This document shows, in pieces, positions 28,156 to 38,512 of a DNA stretch of 55,906 nucleotides. Each line of letters opens with the position of its first letter. The first letter of the stretch is position 1. Made by a program: the position numbers and the translations under genes. Source of the DNA: an uncultured Clostridia bacterium (lineage in GTDB: Bacteria > Bacillota > Clostridia > Christensenellales > Borkfalkiaceae); NCBI GenBank assembly GCA_944328905.1, contig CALVHW010000001.1, positions 1 to 55,906 on the forward strand. The letters are read 5' to 3'. The notes beneath the pieces are model-generated. The model did no database searches. It was not told the DNA's origin and was given only the letters and a program-made list of their open reading frames with translations.

Positions 28156-29229
28156 TCAGACGGGGGCCGTTTGCGAGAACTTTATGTACTCCATCAGCGC
28201 CAGCGCGGTGAGCGTTTGACCGTAAGGCATGGGACAGACGGGAATCTCTCTGTATGCCTGCAAGGTGCTGCCCATGCCCGTGCCGTAAGAACAGTTCTGC
28301 ACGATGCCGTCCGGCCCGATGCAGGAAATGAGCGCCTGCACGGCCTTTTCCGCACTTGCGGCGAACGGGGCGGGCAGCAGCCCCATGCGGATCCCCTTTA
28401 AGAACCCGTAGGCGAAATTGGCGCTTGCGGACGATTCGAGATAGGACGACGGATCGTCTAAAAGCGTGTGCCAGAGGCCGGAGGCATCTTGCAGAGAGCG
28501 CAGCGATTCCGCCTGGCGGACGTATGCCTCGGCGATGAAGCGGCGCGCCGCCCGCTGCGGGCGGGCGATCTCGAAAAATGCGGGGATGCCTGCCGTGATC
28601 CAGGAATTGCCGCGCGCCCACAGCGCGCCCGCAAAGTGATCGCCGCGCCCGAAAGACCAGCCGTGGTACCAAAGCCCGCTGCGGCGGTGCGTGAGGTATT
28701 TGATGTGGACGAAGAACTGGTAGACGCTCTCTTCGAGACAGTCGTCCCGGCCGAACAGCACGCCGTACTTTGCCAGAAAGAGCACGGTCATATACAGCGT
28801 ATCGTCCCAGATCTGCCCCGGATTGGGACTGCCCGTACAGGAGTGCTGGATGCCGCCTTCGCACGTGCGCGGAAGGGAGTGCATCGCGTACTCCGCCCAT
28901 TCGTGCAGGACGGGCAGGAATTCTTCGCCGCCCGTTTCTTCGTACAAAAACAGCATCGTGAGCAGCGGGCACATCGTGTTCACGTTCTTTTCCGGCAGGC
29001 CTTCGCGCAGGCGGTCGGAATACCATTTTTGGATTTTTTTCCGCACGGAAACGTCGCCGCTCAGTTTATAATACTGCCAGAGCGCGAACAGCCCCACGCC
29101 CTGCGTCCATTCCCATTTCTCAAAATCGACGATGCCGATGGGCGCCGTTTCCACAAATTCGGCATCCACCGACGAGACCGCCGAAATGGTTTTGCGTGCC
29201 AGTTCCAGCAAAACTTTATTGTCTTTCAT
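28156..29229 (-). CDS. Unsaturated rhamnogalacturonyl hydrolase (GH105/GH88, YteR/YesR-like)
   Basis: WEWTQGVGL, QIWDDTLYM, SGLWYHGW, WARGNSW, SYLESSAS, PYGQ. Confidence 0.92.
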   Translation of the reverse strand: MKDNKVLLELARKTISAVSSVDAEFVETAPIGIVDFEKWEWTQGVGLFALWQYYKLSGDVSVRKKIQKWYSDRLREGLPEKNVNTMCPLLTMLFLYEETGGEEFLPVLHEWAEYAMHSLPRTCEGGIQHSCTGSPNPGQIWDDTLYMTVLFLAKYGVLFGRDDCLEESVYQFFVHIKYLTHRRSGLWYHGWSFGRGDHFAGALWARGNSWITAGIPAFFEIARPQRAARRFIAEAYVRQAESLRSLQDASGLWHTLLDDPSSYLESSASANFAYGFLKGIRMGLLPAPFAASAEKAVQALISCIGPDGIVQNCSYGTGMGSTLQAYREIPVCPMPYGQTLTALALMEYIKFSQTAPV

Positions 29230-29322
29230 GTTTTCTCCTTATCAGCCCGCCGAACGTTTTCCGATACGGGCGAACGGCGGGTCCTGCAATATTTTTTAAC
29301 GCACTTTCCTGCAAGCGGGGGG

Positions 29323-29490
29323 CTACCTTGCCAGCCAGCCGCCGTCTACCGCGAGCGTGAATCCGTTCACATAATCGGACGCGGCGCTCGCAAAAAACAC
29401 CGCCGCGCCTTTCAGATCGTCGGACGTGCCCCAGCGGCCGGCGGGTATACGCGACAGAATCTCTGCACTGCGCGCCGTCTGCCCGCAGCT
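29323..29490 (-). pseudogene. kduD: C-terminal remnant of 2-dehydro-3-deoxy-D-gluconate 5-dehydrogenase
   Basis: Minus-strand translation [49 protein letters not shown] matches the KduD C-terminus; no start codon or Rossmann domain. Confidence 0.88.
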
Positions 29491-29563
29491 AAAGTCGCGG
29501 GCGTGAGCCGTGCGGGCTGTGCGGAAACGGCGCAGCGCATCCGGCGGCGAATTTCTGGCCGCG

Positions 29564-30500
29564 CTATGCGCGGCGGTACGGATCCATCTCCGGTTGTACG
29601 GTCACTCCGCCCACTTCTGCCCGGATGCGCCGCCTGTTCATACAGTCTTCGCGCGGGATGCAATATTCGGGCGGCGTTTCGTCGCACACCGCGGCGGCGG
29701 ACAGCGTTTGCTCCCAGCCCGCGTTTTCAAAAGCCGCCACCAGCCACGCGCTTTCCAGCCGCCTGCGGAACAGGAGCGCGTTTTCTCCGCGGTGCAATGC
29801 CACGGACACGGCGCACGACTCCCCTTCGCGCACGATCTCGGCGGGAACGGAACGCCTGCATTCCCCGTCCGCCGCGATGCACGCCAGCGGCAGCACCGCG
29901 ACCGCCGCCTGGCCGTAATCGAAAACATACCACCTGCCGCACGCCGACTCTACGGTGCGCATTCTGCCCGTAAAGCGCGGCACCACCCATTCGTCGGAAA
30001 CAGTGCCGACGGCGTTTGCGATATGTTCGACCGAACGCACCGCGAGCAGAAGATTGCCGTTCTGCGCGCACTCGGTGCGGACTTCGGGAATGTTTTCGCC
30101 CTCGAAAAGCTTTGTGGACAGATACGCCTCGTGCTTGTTGACGGCGGGATGGCTGCGCCACGCGCCGCCCGACGACGTTTGAAAGCGCAGAAAAGACGTG
30201 CCTGCACCCTGTACCGACGCGCTGACGGGCATCGACTGCCAGCCAAGCCCCCAGGATTCGCGCTGGTAACAGCCGGGCACGGCGGGGAAAAGGGTAAGAC
30301 TGCCCAGCCGCACGCCGCGGCCGTTCCACGTGTGTGCGTATACATCGCCGAATACCCGCTCTTTCCGTTCGCCCCGCCGATAGGAAAAGTCGGGTTTTGC
30401 CGTGCCCGTTTCGCAGTATAAAACGGCAGACATGAGTTTTTCGCAGGTATCGAGCGAGGAAGGATGTTCAAAAATGTCGTATACGGGGCTGCCATTTGCC
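29564..30500 (-). pseudogene. 5'-truncated hypothetical CDS joined out of frame to the GH fragment
   Basis: Protein-like frame (YDIFEHP...MDPYRRA*) begins only near 30490; upstream part of ORF 29564..30628 is out-of-frame GH sequence; no RBS/start. Confidence 0.55.
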
Positions 30501-31700
30501 GCGCCACGCGTATTCGGTGGGATCGATGAGCGCGACGGGATAGACGGGTTTGCCGCGCGCCATGAGGCAGGTGCGGGCGGCAAGTTCGTCGTTGAGTTGT
30601 TTCGTGGCGTAATCGAGCATGCCGGCATCGGAAAAATCGGGCGGGGCGAAATATTTGGTTTCGCCCGTAAAGCGGTAATGCCAGGCGTGCGGCACGACGA
30701 AAGTGACGCCCTGCATGATCTGGTACGCGGCGATCTGCCGGAGGGTTGCCGGCTCTACCCCGTAATTGGATGCCGCAAACATCTCGCACATGACGCCCTT
30801 TTTGCCGTACTGGAAGGCGGTGGCCGCCGCCTGTTTGGCGCGGAGATCGTTGGATACGTCGTAAAAATTTGTCATTTTAGGCATATACTCGCGCTCGCCC
30901 CAGATGACGCTCGGCGTATAAAAATTGACGAATTTGGTGGGTTTTGCACTGTCGAGCGAGTACATTTCCTGGTCGGTGCCGGGGTAATCGAAATGGCGCT
31001 CGAGGTCGGAAAAGCGCCCCTCGGTAAAGCAGGAACTGCGCTGCGTTTCCTGCGTGAGGTAGGGAGAACTGTCGCTGGTGTGCCCGGTGTACTCCAGCCC
31101 GTTCTCGCGCAGCCAGGCGTGGTGCGCCGCGAACCAACCCTGCATCAGCCTGCCCGCGTGCTCCCAGTAATCGGCAGCCTGCGGCACGTCTTCCCGCCGC
31201 AGAACGGCGGGCATGTACGGCATGATATCGTAGCCGTAAGCGGCGCGGAACGTCTCTTCAAAATCGGACGACCACGGGAAATAATCGCGCATGGGGCTGT
31301 TTTCGTCGTAAAACACCAGCACGTTGACGCGGCGGTTATCCGAATCGGAAAAGAACCCCATGATCGTGTCGCCGAAATATTTGCCCAGCCGCTTTTTGTA
31401 TTCTTCGTACACAAACCGTATGAACAGTTGCGTGGAAAGCGGTTCTTCGAAGGCGGGAAAGCCCCCAGTCTGCCTCCACGACGACGGGGCGGTCTCCTTC
31501 CAGGCGGATATGCCGCTGTTTCAGATGCGGCGCCGCCTTACGGACGCGGCCGGCGACGTCGCCGGGCGGATAATCGAAGCCGTCGTTGATCCACATGGCC
31601 AGCGAAAGTTCGCGGCAGGCTTTGGCGGCGTTTTCCACCCTGCGGAACCAATCGTCGGAAAGATAATTCTCTGCGTTGAAGCCGTGCGGCGGGCAACCGG
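30468..31700 (-). pseudogene. Frameshifted, truncated GH106/GH2-like (alpha-L-rhamnosidase-like) glycoside hydrolase
   Basis: YLSDDWF..MWINDGFDYPPG in one frame; YEEYKKRLGKYFGDTIMGFFSD, PWS..F...YGYDI, YTGH, DYPGTD, CEMFA, QGVTFVVPH in the next; frames join if one G is removed from the G5 run at 31462-31466. Confidence 0.75.
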
Positions 31701-31770
31701 CGTGACCGCCGCACTTTCCGGCCGGTTCGTGCATTCGCCTGCAAAAATTTTCTTTTTTGTTTTGCAACGG

Positions 31771-31828
31771 TTGACTTTTGGGGAAGTTCTGTCGTATTAT
31801 ATCTATAAAGAATGTTGCAAATGCAACA
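31771..31828 (+). promoter_or_regulatory. Promoter plus Crp/Fnr-type palindrome
   Basis: TTGACT-18 bp-TATTAT, then TGTTGC-AAAT-GCAACA (31813-31828) just before the RBS. Confidence 0.65.
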
Positions 31829-31838
31829 CGGAGGATGT

Positions 31839-32489
31839 ATGGAAAAGACGAATCCCGTTGTTACCTCGCTGTTTGACGGCGTTTCGCAGCAGGAATACGC
31901 CGCGATGATGACGTGTTTCAAAGCGACCGTAAAGCCCTACCGCAAGGGCGAAGAAGTGCCCATGCCGCAGGGGCGCGTGGGCGTGGTGCAGAGCGGGAAA
32001 ATAAGCCTGATCAAAATAGACGCGAACGGCGGGCGGACGATTTTCGAACAACTGCGCGAAGGGGGCGTGTTCGGCGACGCGCTCGGCTTTGCCCGGGCGG
32101 ACGCCAGCCTGTACCTGCTCGCCGACGAGGATTGCAGCGTGCTGTACATAGACTACGAACACATCGTAAAGCGCTGCCCCAACGCCTGCACGCACCACAG
32201 CACGGTGGTGGCCAACCTTGTAAAGCTGATGAGCGAAAAGACGCAGGCGCTCTCCGAGCATTTGGAAATACTCAGCCGCCGCACCATCCGCGAAAAACTG
32301 CTCGCCTATTTTTCCATGCAGGCGGCCAAAAACCGCAGCGCCTATTTTACCCTGCCCTTTTCGCAGACGAGCCTTGCCGACTACGTGTGCGTAGACCGCA
32401 GCGCCATGGTGCGCGAACTTCGGCGTATGCACGAGGAAGGGCTGGTGGAAATAGAGCGGCGCAACGTGAAATTCACGCCGCCGGTATAA
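31839..32489 (+). CDS. Crp/Fnr-family regulator
   Basis: cNMP-binding domain (GVVQSG, GGVFGD), TIREKLLAY, HTH SLADYVCVDRSAMVRELRRM. Confidence 0.93.
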   Translation: MEKTNPVVTSLFDGVSQQEYAAMMTCFKATVKPYRKGEEVPMPQGRVGVVQSGKISLIKIDANGGRTIFEQLREGGVFGDALGFARADASLYLLADEDCSVLYIDYEHIVKRCPNACTHHSTVVANLVKLMSEKTQALSEHLEILSRRTIREKLLAYFSMQAAKNRSAYFTLPFSQTSLADYVCVDRSAMVRELRRMHEEGLVEIERRNVKFTPPV

Positions 32490-32534
32490 ACGGGCGGTTG
32501 AAATCAGCCGCCCAGCATTTTTATGCGGCGGCAC

Positions 32535-32576
32535 AAAAAATCGGCGGGAAAGGTTTGCCTTTCCCGCCGGTTTTTT
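32535..32576. terminator. Bidirectional intrinsic terminator
   Basis: AAAAAATCGGCGGGAAAGG/CCTTTCCCGCCGGTTTTTT. Confidence 0.8.
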
Positions 32577-32691
32577 ATTGCGCGTTTTTACTTTTACGCG
32601 CTCATGCTCTCTTTGGCGCCCCGCCGCAACGGCGGAAGGGCGCGTTTTCCTGTTCTGCGAAAAACGGGCCCGCACAGCCCGTTTTTCCTTT

Positions 32692-33396
32692 TTAAACCGA
32701 ACCGGTGAGGTCGCGCACGATCTCGCCGGCGAGCAACAAACCCGCCGCCGAGGGCATGAAGGATACGCTGCCCACGAATTTTTCGCCGCGCACGGCCTGC
32801 TCCCGTGCGGGAGCGAGCGGCGCCGACGGCGCATACACCGCCTTTACGCCCGCGATGCCCGCCTTTTTCAGTTCGCGCCGCACGATGCGCGCCAGCGGGC
32901 AGCCGCTTGTTTTTTCGATGACGTCTACCCGAAAATCGGCCTGCAGACGGTTGCCCGCGCCCATGCAGGATACCACAGGCACCCCCGCCGCGCGCGCGGC
33001 GGAAATCAGCCGCACTTTTTCGGGAACGCTGTCGATGCAGTCCGCCACGTAATCGTACCGCGAAAAATCGAACCGCGGCGCCGTTTCTGCCCCGTAAAAG
33101 AGGGGCATTGCCAAAACTTCGCAGGCGGGATCGATGTCGCGGACGCGCGCCGCCATCACTTCCGCCTTGTTTTTGCCCAGCGTGGAATGCAGGGCGATGA
33201 GCTGGCGGTTGAGGTTGCTCTCCGCCACGGCATCGCCGTCCACCAACGTGAGTTTGCCCACGCCCGCGCGGGCGAGCGCCTCCGCGGCGTACGAGCCGAC
33301 GCCGCCGATGCCGAACACCGCCACGTGCGCCGCGCGCAGTTTTTGAAAACTTTCTTCGCCGAGCAGCGCGATCTCGCGCACGTACTGCCCCGTCAC
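32692..33396 (-). CDS. tcdA: tRNA threonylcarbamoyladenosine dehydratase (ThiF/E1 family)
   Basis: VFGIGGVGS, DGDAVAESNLNRQ, DCIDS, SCMGAGN, CPLARIVRREL. Confidence 0.88.
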   Translation of the reverse strand: MTGQYVREIALLGEESFQKLRAAHVAVFGIGGVGSYAAEALARAGVGKLTLVDGDAVAESNLNRQLIALHSTLGKNKAEVMAARVRDIDPACEVLAMPLFYGAETAPRFDFSRYDYVADCIDSVPEKVRLISAARAAGVPVVSCMGAGNRLQADFRVDVIEKTSGCPLARIVRRELKKAGIAGVKAVYAPSAPLAPAREQAVRGEKFVGSVSFMPSAAGLLLAGEIVRDLTGSV

Positions 33397-34169
33397 GGCC
33401 GCTCCCCGTAAACGCTCGGCGTGACGGCATAGGGCTGCACGCAGGCGTTTTTTGCGGACTCAACGGCCACGGCGCGCTCCGCCTCGCCTACGCCCGCGGG
33501 CACGAACGAAACGCGCTCGGGCGAAACGCCGAGCACGGTTTTGGCGAACGTGAGCCCGGCGATGTACCGCCCCACGCCGTAAGAAAGGTGAAAACCGTCG
33601 CGCGTGAGCGCGTCGCCCAAAAAAGAGGTGCGGGCGTTCTGCACCGCCGTTCCGCAGGGCACCGCGGCGGAAAACTCCGCATGCGGCAGAACTTTCTCTT
33701 TTACCGCGGCGAGGATGTTTTCGTACATACGCTGCTGGTTATAGCCGTAGGGTGCGAACGTTTCGGAAACGAAGTCGGCCTGGTACGCCCACGTCATGTT
33801 CCAAACGAGCTTTGCCTGCGGCGCGCGCGCCCGTACATAGACGATGAGATCGCTCAAAAACGGCTCGTACGACTGCGGCTGCCCGCTCAAAGGGCTGGCC
33901 TGCTGCAAACTGATTACGTCCCACTCCTGCGCGGAGAGGGCATCGCCGAGGCGGAACTGCGGCTGCGTGCGCCATTCGCCCGCGTCGTCGGTGCGGTATT
34001 CGTACGCGGCGGCGTTTGCGCGCGCATTGGCGGCGTGCGTTTCCAGCGAGCAGCCGCCGATGTACAGGTTGCCGAGAGAAAGTTCCCCCTCGCCCGCGCT
34101 TCGGGCGATCCGGTAAACGTATTCCATGGTATCGTCGGAAAAACTGTTGCCGACGGCGAGTATTTTCAC
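33393..34169 (-). CDS. DUF4886-family (SGNH-like) protein
   Basis: KILAVGNSFS, NLYIGGCSL, WDVISLQQAS, MTWAY, RDGFHLS. Confidence 0.85.
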   Translation of the reverse strand: MKILAVGNSFSDDTMEYVYRIARSAGEGELSLGNLYIGGCSLETHAANARANAAAYEYRTDDAGEWRTQPQFRLGDALSAQEWDVISLQQASPLSGQPQSYEPFLSDLIVYVRARAPQAKLVWNMTWAYQADFVSETFAPYGYNQQRMYENILAAVKEKVLPHAEFSAAVPCGTAVQNARTSFLGDALTRDGFHLSYGVGRYIAGLTFAKTVLGVSPERVSFVPAGVGEAERAVAVESAKNACVQPYAVTPSVYGERP

Positions 34170-34285
34170 CTCTGCGACCTCCTTTTTGCGGCGGTTTTTT
34201 CTGAAATATTATACACCCCGCCGCACGCCGCCGCAAGCGGAATCGAACGTTTTTTTAATTTTCTGCAAAAATTTTTCAAATACTA

Positions 34286-34314
34286 TTGAAAACACGGCGG
34301 TTTTGTATTATAAT
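34286..34314 (+). promoter_or_regulatory. SigmaA promoter of EF-G paralog
   Basis: TTGAAA-17 bp-TATAAT. Confidence 0.75.
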
Positions 34315-34372
34315 AGTAGAGAAGCGGGCATTTGCGCTTAAATTTCCGCCCGCCGATAAGGGAGTACAAATT

Positions 34373-36445
34373 ATGAGCATCAGAGGCGAAGACATCCGGA
34401 ATATTGCAGTGATCGGGCACAGCGGCGAAGGCAAGACCTCCGTCTGCGAGGCCATCCTTTTCAACGGAAAGGCGACCGACCGTTTGGGAAAAGTGACCGA
34501 AGGCAACACCGTGACCGACAGCGACGAGCAGGAGATCGCGCGGAAAATGTCGATCTCGCTTTCCGCCGCATACGCGATGTGGGAAGGCGTAAAACTCAAC
34601 CTGCTCGACGTGCCCGGGTTTTACGATTTTGAGGGGGAAGAGAACGAGGCGCTGCGCGCCGCGGGCGGCGCACTGATCGTAACGGGCGCCACGGGCGCGG
34701 TGAGCGTGGGCGCCGAAAAGGCGATCGACAAGTGCCTGAAAAACAAGATCCCCATGGTCATCTTCATCAACGGCATGGACAAAGAGAACGCCGACTATAA
34801 GGGCACCGTGGCCGCGCTGAAAGAGAAATACCCCGGCAAGATCGCGCCCATACAGATCCCGCTGATGGAAGGCAACAAGATGGTAGGCTATGTGAACGCG
34901 CTCAAAGAGACGTGCTACCACTTTGCCGACGAGGCGAAAAAACAGCCCGTGCCCATCCCCGAAGAGCTGAAAGGCACGCTCGCCGAAATGCAGGCGAGCC
35001 TGACCGAAACGGCCGCCGAAAACGACGAGGCGCTGCTCGACAAGTATTTCGAGGCGGGCGAACTGACCAAAGACGAGATCATTCACGGCATCCGTAAGGG
35101 CATCTACAACGTGAACACCATCCCCGTGATGGCGGGCTCGGCACTGCAGAACAAGGGCATCATCAACCTGATGGACGAGATCGTGAAATATATGCCCAGC
35201 GCCGAAGAGCACACCGAGATGCTCGCCTCTTCGCCCGACAAAAACGAGTTGGTGAGCGTGACGTGCGAGGAGAGCGGCCCGTTCGCCGCGCAGGTGTTCA
35301 AAACGGTGGTCGACCCCTTTGTGGGCAAACTCAACGTCATGAAGGTGTTCCGCGGCTCGCTGAAAACGGGCAGCACGGTGTACAACGCCACCACCGAAAA
35401 GCAGGAGCGCATCAGCCAGATCTATTTGCTGCGCGGCAAAAAGCAGGAGCCGGTATCCGAACTGACGGCGGGCGACATCGGCGCCGTGAGCAAACTGGCC
35501 GCCACCAACACCGGCGACACGCTGTGCGACGAAAACGCCAAAGTGAAGTTTGACCCCATCCACTTCCCCCGCCCCGTGCTCTCCATGGCCATCTACGCCG
35601 AAAAGAAGGGCGATGAGGACAAAATTTTCCAGGGCCTGAACAGGCTGGCGGAAGAAGATTATTCCTTTGCCGTGACGAAGAACCGCGAAACGGGCGAAAC
35701 GCTCATTTCCGGCCAGGGCGAAACGCACCTCGACGTCATCAACAAAAAACTGAAAGCGAAATTCAACGTTTCGGCGCTGCTGAAAACGCCCAAGATCGCC
35801 TACCGCGAAACCATCCGCAAGACGGTGGAGGCGGAAGGCAAGCACAAAAAACAATCGGGCGGGCACGGCCAGTACGGGCACTGCAAAATACGCTTTGAAC
35901 CATTCGACGGCGAGTTCGAGTTCGCCGAAGAGGTGGTGGGCGGCTCGGTGCCCAAACAGTACATCCCCGCCGTGGAAAAGGGGCTGATCGAGTGCCTGCC
36001 GCACGGGGTGCTGGCGGGCTACCCCGTAACGGGGCTGCGCGCCGTGCTCTACGACGGCAGTTACCACGACGTAGACTCCTCGGAAATGGCGTTCAAACTG
36101 GCGGCGGCGCTCGCCTTTAAAGAGGGTTTGAAAAACGCCAGGCCCGTGCTTTTGGAACCCATCATGAAACTGCGCATCGCCATCCCCGAGGCGTACCTCG
36201 GCGACATCATGGGCGACATGAACAAGCGCCGCGGCAGGATCCTCGGCATCGATATGCTCGAAGGGATGCAGGTAGTCAACGCGGAGGCGCCGCAGGCGGA
36301 AATACAGAAGTACGCGACCGACTTGCGCAGCATGACTCAGGGGCGCGGCAAATTTACCGCCGAACTTGCCCGCTACGAAGAAGTACCCGCGCCCGAGGCG
36401 GATAAGATCATCAAGGCGCGCGAGGCGGAAAAGGAACAGCAATAA
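34373..36445 (+). CDS. fusA: Elongation factor G paralog (EF-G2/FusA2-like)
   Basis: IRNIAVIGHSGEGKT, DVPG, ETGET..GQGETHL, AYRETI, KKQSGGHGQYG, DGSYHDVDSSEMAF, LRSMTQGRG; stand-alone, not with rpsL/rpsG/tuf. Confidence 0.93.
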   Translation: MSIRGEDIRNIAVIGHSGEGKTSVCEAILFNGKATDRLGKVTEGNTVTDSDEQEIARKMSISLSAAYAMWEGVKLNLLDVPGFYDFEGEENEALRAAGGALIVTGATGAVSVGAEKAIDKCLKNKIPMVIFINGMDKENADYKGTVAALKEKYPGKIAPIQIPLMEGNKMVGYVNALKETCYHFADEAKKQPVPIPEELKGTLAEMQASLTETAAENDEALLDKYFEAGELTKDEIIHGIRKGIYNVNTIPVMAGSALQNKGIINLMDEIVKYMPSAEEHTEMLASSPDKNELVSVTCEESGPFAAQVFKTVVDPFVGKLNVMKVFRGSLKTGSTVYNATTEKQERISQIYLLRGKKQEPVSELTAGDIGAVSKLAATNTGDTLCDENAKVKFDPIHFPRPVLSMAIYAEKKGDEDKIFQGLNRLAEEDYSFAVTKNRETGETLISGQGETHLDVINKKLKAKFNVSALLKTPKIAYRETIRKTVEAEGKHKKQSGGHGQYGHCKIRFEPFDGEFEFAEEVVGGSVPKQYIPAVEKGLIECLPHGVLAGYPVTGLRAVLYDGSYHDVDSSEMAFKLAAALAFKEGLKNARPVLLEPIMKLRIAIPEAYLGDIMGDMNKRRGRILGIDMLEGMQVVNAEAPQAEIQKYATDLRSMTQGRGKFTAELARYEEVPAPEADKIIKAREAEKEQQ

Positions 36446-36654
36446 ACGCCGCCCGACGGGCGATATGAACATAACGCGTAGGACAGAAACACAACGCGGC
36501 AAAGAAACCGCCGCGCGGCAATGCAAACCGCTGCCCCGATGCCGCCGTCAATGCGGCGGCGATACGGCGCATTGCGGCGGACAGAAACGCGGCGCACCGG
36601 CAACGCGGGCGGAAAAAGCACAATACAGGCGGCAAAACATATCGTTTTGTACAA

Positions 36655-36682
36655 AAAAAGAGGGGCACGTGCCCCTCTTTTT
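36655..36682. terminator. Bidirectional intrinsic terminator
   Basis: Perfect palindrome AAAAAGAGGGGCACGTGCCCCTCTTTTT between convergent genes. Confidence 0.85.
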
Positions 36683-36703
36683 CGTACCTTTATTTCTTTG
36701 CGG

Positions 36704-37783
36704 TCAGCGGCCGATTTGCTCGTAAACGTAGTTCTTGTTGCCGTCGGCATCCGTCTGCACGCGCACGTAATAACTCTGCGCCGCGCCGCCGCTGCCCACG
36801 CGGATGCGGATGACCTCTTCGCCGCGCACCGTTTCGCGCTCGAAATAGAAAACACTGCTTTCGCCGCCTTTGCGGGAAGTCATTTTTAACTCGGTTTCGC
36901 CCTTTTCCTCTTCGTATTCGAACGAACTGCGCTCGGTAAGTTTACCGTTTTCGAACACCGAATAACTGTATTCCTGCTCGGTTTCGTTCCGCTCGCTCTC
37001 GTAACTCTGTTCCACGAGCATATAACTTGCATCGCTGAGGGTGACGCGGAAGGAGGTTTCGCTCTCCGTTTCGCTGCCTTCCGATTCCGTTTCGCGCTCG
37101 CCGCGGATGGCGTAGTCGGCGCCGTCGATGACCATGACGCCCTCGATGCCGTACTCCTCTTCCGATTCGTTTTCAAAGCGGTCGTCGAAATCGTCGTCAT
37201 CGTCGTCGTCATTGTCCGGGCGCGCGATGCTGTTGTAGTGCAGTTCGTATTGCAGGGCTTTGCCGTTCAGATCGCGGTAAGATACCACCATTTTCGTTTC
37301 GTAGCCTCGGTCGGATGCGCCCTCCTGCACCCGGAAACCGCCGTCGCTGAGCAGGCTTTCGACCAGCGCCATGTACGCGTCCAGTTCGGCTTCGATCTGC
37401 TGCGTATCGCCCGCCGCGCCCGTCTGGCCGCCGTTTTCGCCCGTACCCGTCTGGCCGTTTTCGGTGTTTTCACCCGCGCCCGTCTGTTCGTTTGCGGTAT
37501 TTTCCGCACCCGGTTCCGTTTGCGCTGCCTGCGCCGAAAGGGGCAGAGCGTAGCCTTGGGCAGATGCCAACGCCGCGGCGGAGCCGCCGTTCATCGAGGA
37601 GATGAGCATCCCCGCCGACGCCGCGCTGAACCCGTACACCGATTCGGTCGTATTCAGTTCGTCGAACTTGCCGCCGGACGAGTTGCCGCCGCCCGCGCCG
37701 CTGCCTGCATCTGAGCACGCCGCCACGCCGGCGGAGAGCGCCAGGCAGAGCAGCAGAGCCAATACTGTGATGATCTTTTTCAT
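36704..37783 (-). CDS. Acidic lipoprotein of unknown function
   Basis: MKKII + hydrophobic stretch + VAAC lipobox; D/E-rich; AAGGAGG RBS. Confidence 0.8.
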   Translation of the reverse strand: MKKIITVLALLLCLALSAGVAACSDAGSGAGGGNSSGGKFDELNTTESVYGFSAASAGMLISSMNGGSAAALASAQGYALPLSAQAAQTEPGAENTANEQTGAGENTENGQTGTGENGGQTGAAGDTQQIEAELDAYMALVESLLSDGGFRVQEGASDRGYETKMVVSYRDLNGKALQYELHYNSIARPDNDDDDDDDFDDRFENESEEEYGIEGVMVIDGADYAIRGERETESEGSETESETSFRVTLSDASYMLVEQSYESERNETEQEYSYSVFENGKLTERSSFEYEEEKGETELKMTSRKGGESSVFYFERETVRGEEVIRIRVGSGGAAQSYYVRVQTDADGNKNYVYEQIGR

Positions 37784-38024
37784 AGAAAATCCTCCTTATA
37801 TGCGGAGCCGCGCCCCGCCGTTTTTAATGGATAGGATGGCCGTTTTGCCTTCCCTTTACACCTATACAACAGCCGCCCGCGGCAAATTGTTGGAGGATTT
37901 TATAATTTTTTTTTTATTTTTTTTGGCGGGTGATACAGCGCCGCCCAAAAACCTCACGAATCGCCGCCGCGCAAAGAGCTGCCCCACATACAAAAGATTT
38001 CCGTGCCAAAATATGATTAAACGG

Positions 38025-38055
38025 AAAGAGCCGCGAATTTTTCGCGGCTCTTTTT
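38025..38055. terminator. Intrinsic terminator after small Rho-N-like gene
   Basis: AAAGAGCCGCGAA/TTCGCGGCTCTTT. Confidence 0.75.
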
Positions 38056-38058
38056 GGC

Positions 38059-38268
38059 TTATTCGCCGGGGTTTTGGTTAAAAACGTCTTCGGCTTTGAT
38101 TTTTCCCGCCGTAATTTCGCTTATTATCTTTTCGATCAATTCTCCCTTTTTGAAGGTGGCGGGCCTTGCAATGCCGACCGCACGGGCGAGATTTCTCACT
38201 TCATGAATGCTCAAACTGTTCAGACACGCTGAAATATCTGTTTTCTGCACCAAATCTTCTCTTTTCAT
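38059..38268 (-). CDS. Small Rho N-terminal-domain-like protein
   Basis: LNSLSIHEVRNLARAVGI...FKKGELIEKII matches the Rho_N helix-extension-helix pattern; followed by terminator. Confidence 0.65.
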   Translation of the reverse strand: MKREDLVQKTDISACLNSLSIHEVRNLARAVGIARPATFKKGELIEKIISEITAGKIKAEDVFNQNPGE

Positions 38269-38512
38269 AAACTTCTCATTTTTATCTTAAAACTCTTTTA
38301 TTGGAAATTTTAGTTGTTAACTTCTATATTTACCTCCCTCTCAACGAATATTTTTTAATAAATTATTCACTATAACTATTTAGTTAACAACGCCAAAGAA
38401 AAAATAAGTTATCTTATACTTGATAACAAACAAATTTTAGTGAACATATTGTAATTAAAATATAGCACTTTTTTAAAAATAAAGCAAATTCTGTAAACTG
38501 GTTTATTAAATT

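Noticed and set aside
31462-31466. Phase-variable homopolymer switch in the GH gene
   Set aside because: Only five G residues, and the gene is also truncated at both ends, so reversion would not restore it.
34283-36526. 747-aa minus-strand ORF
   Set aside because: Antisense shadow of the EF-G paralog produced by GC-rich codon bias; no RBS or domain motifs.
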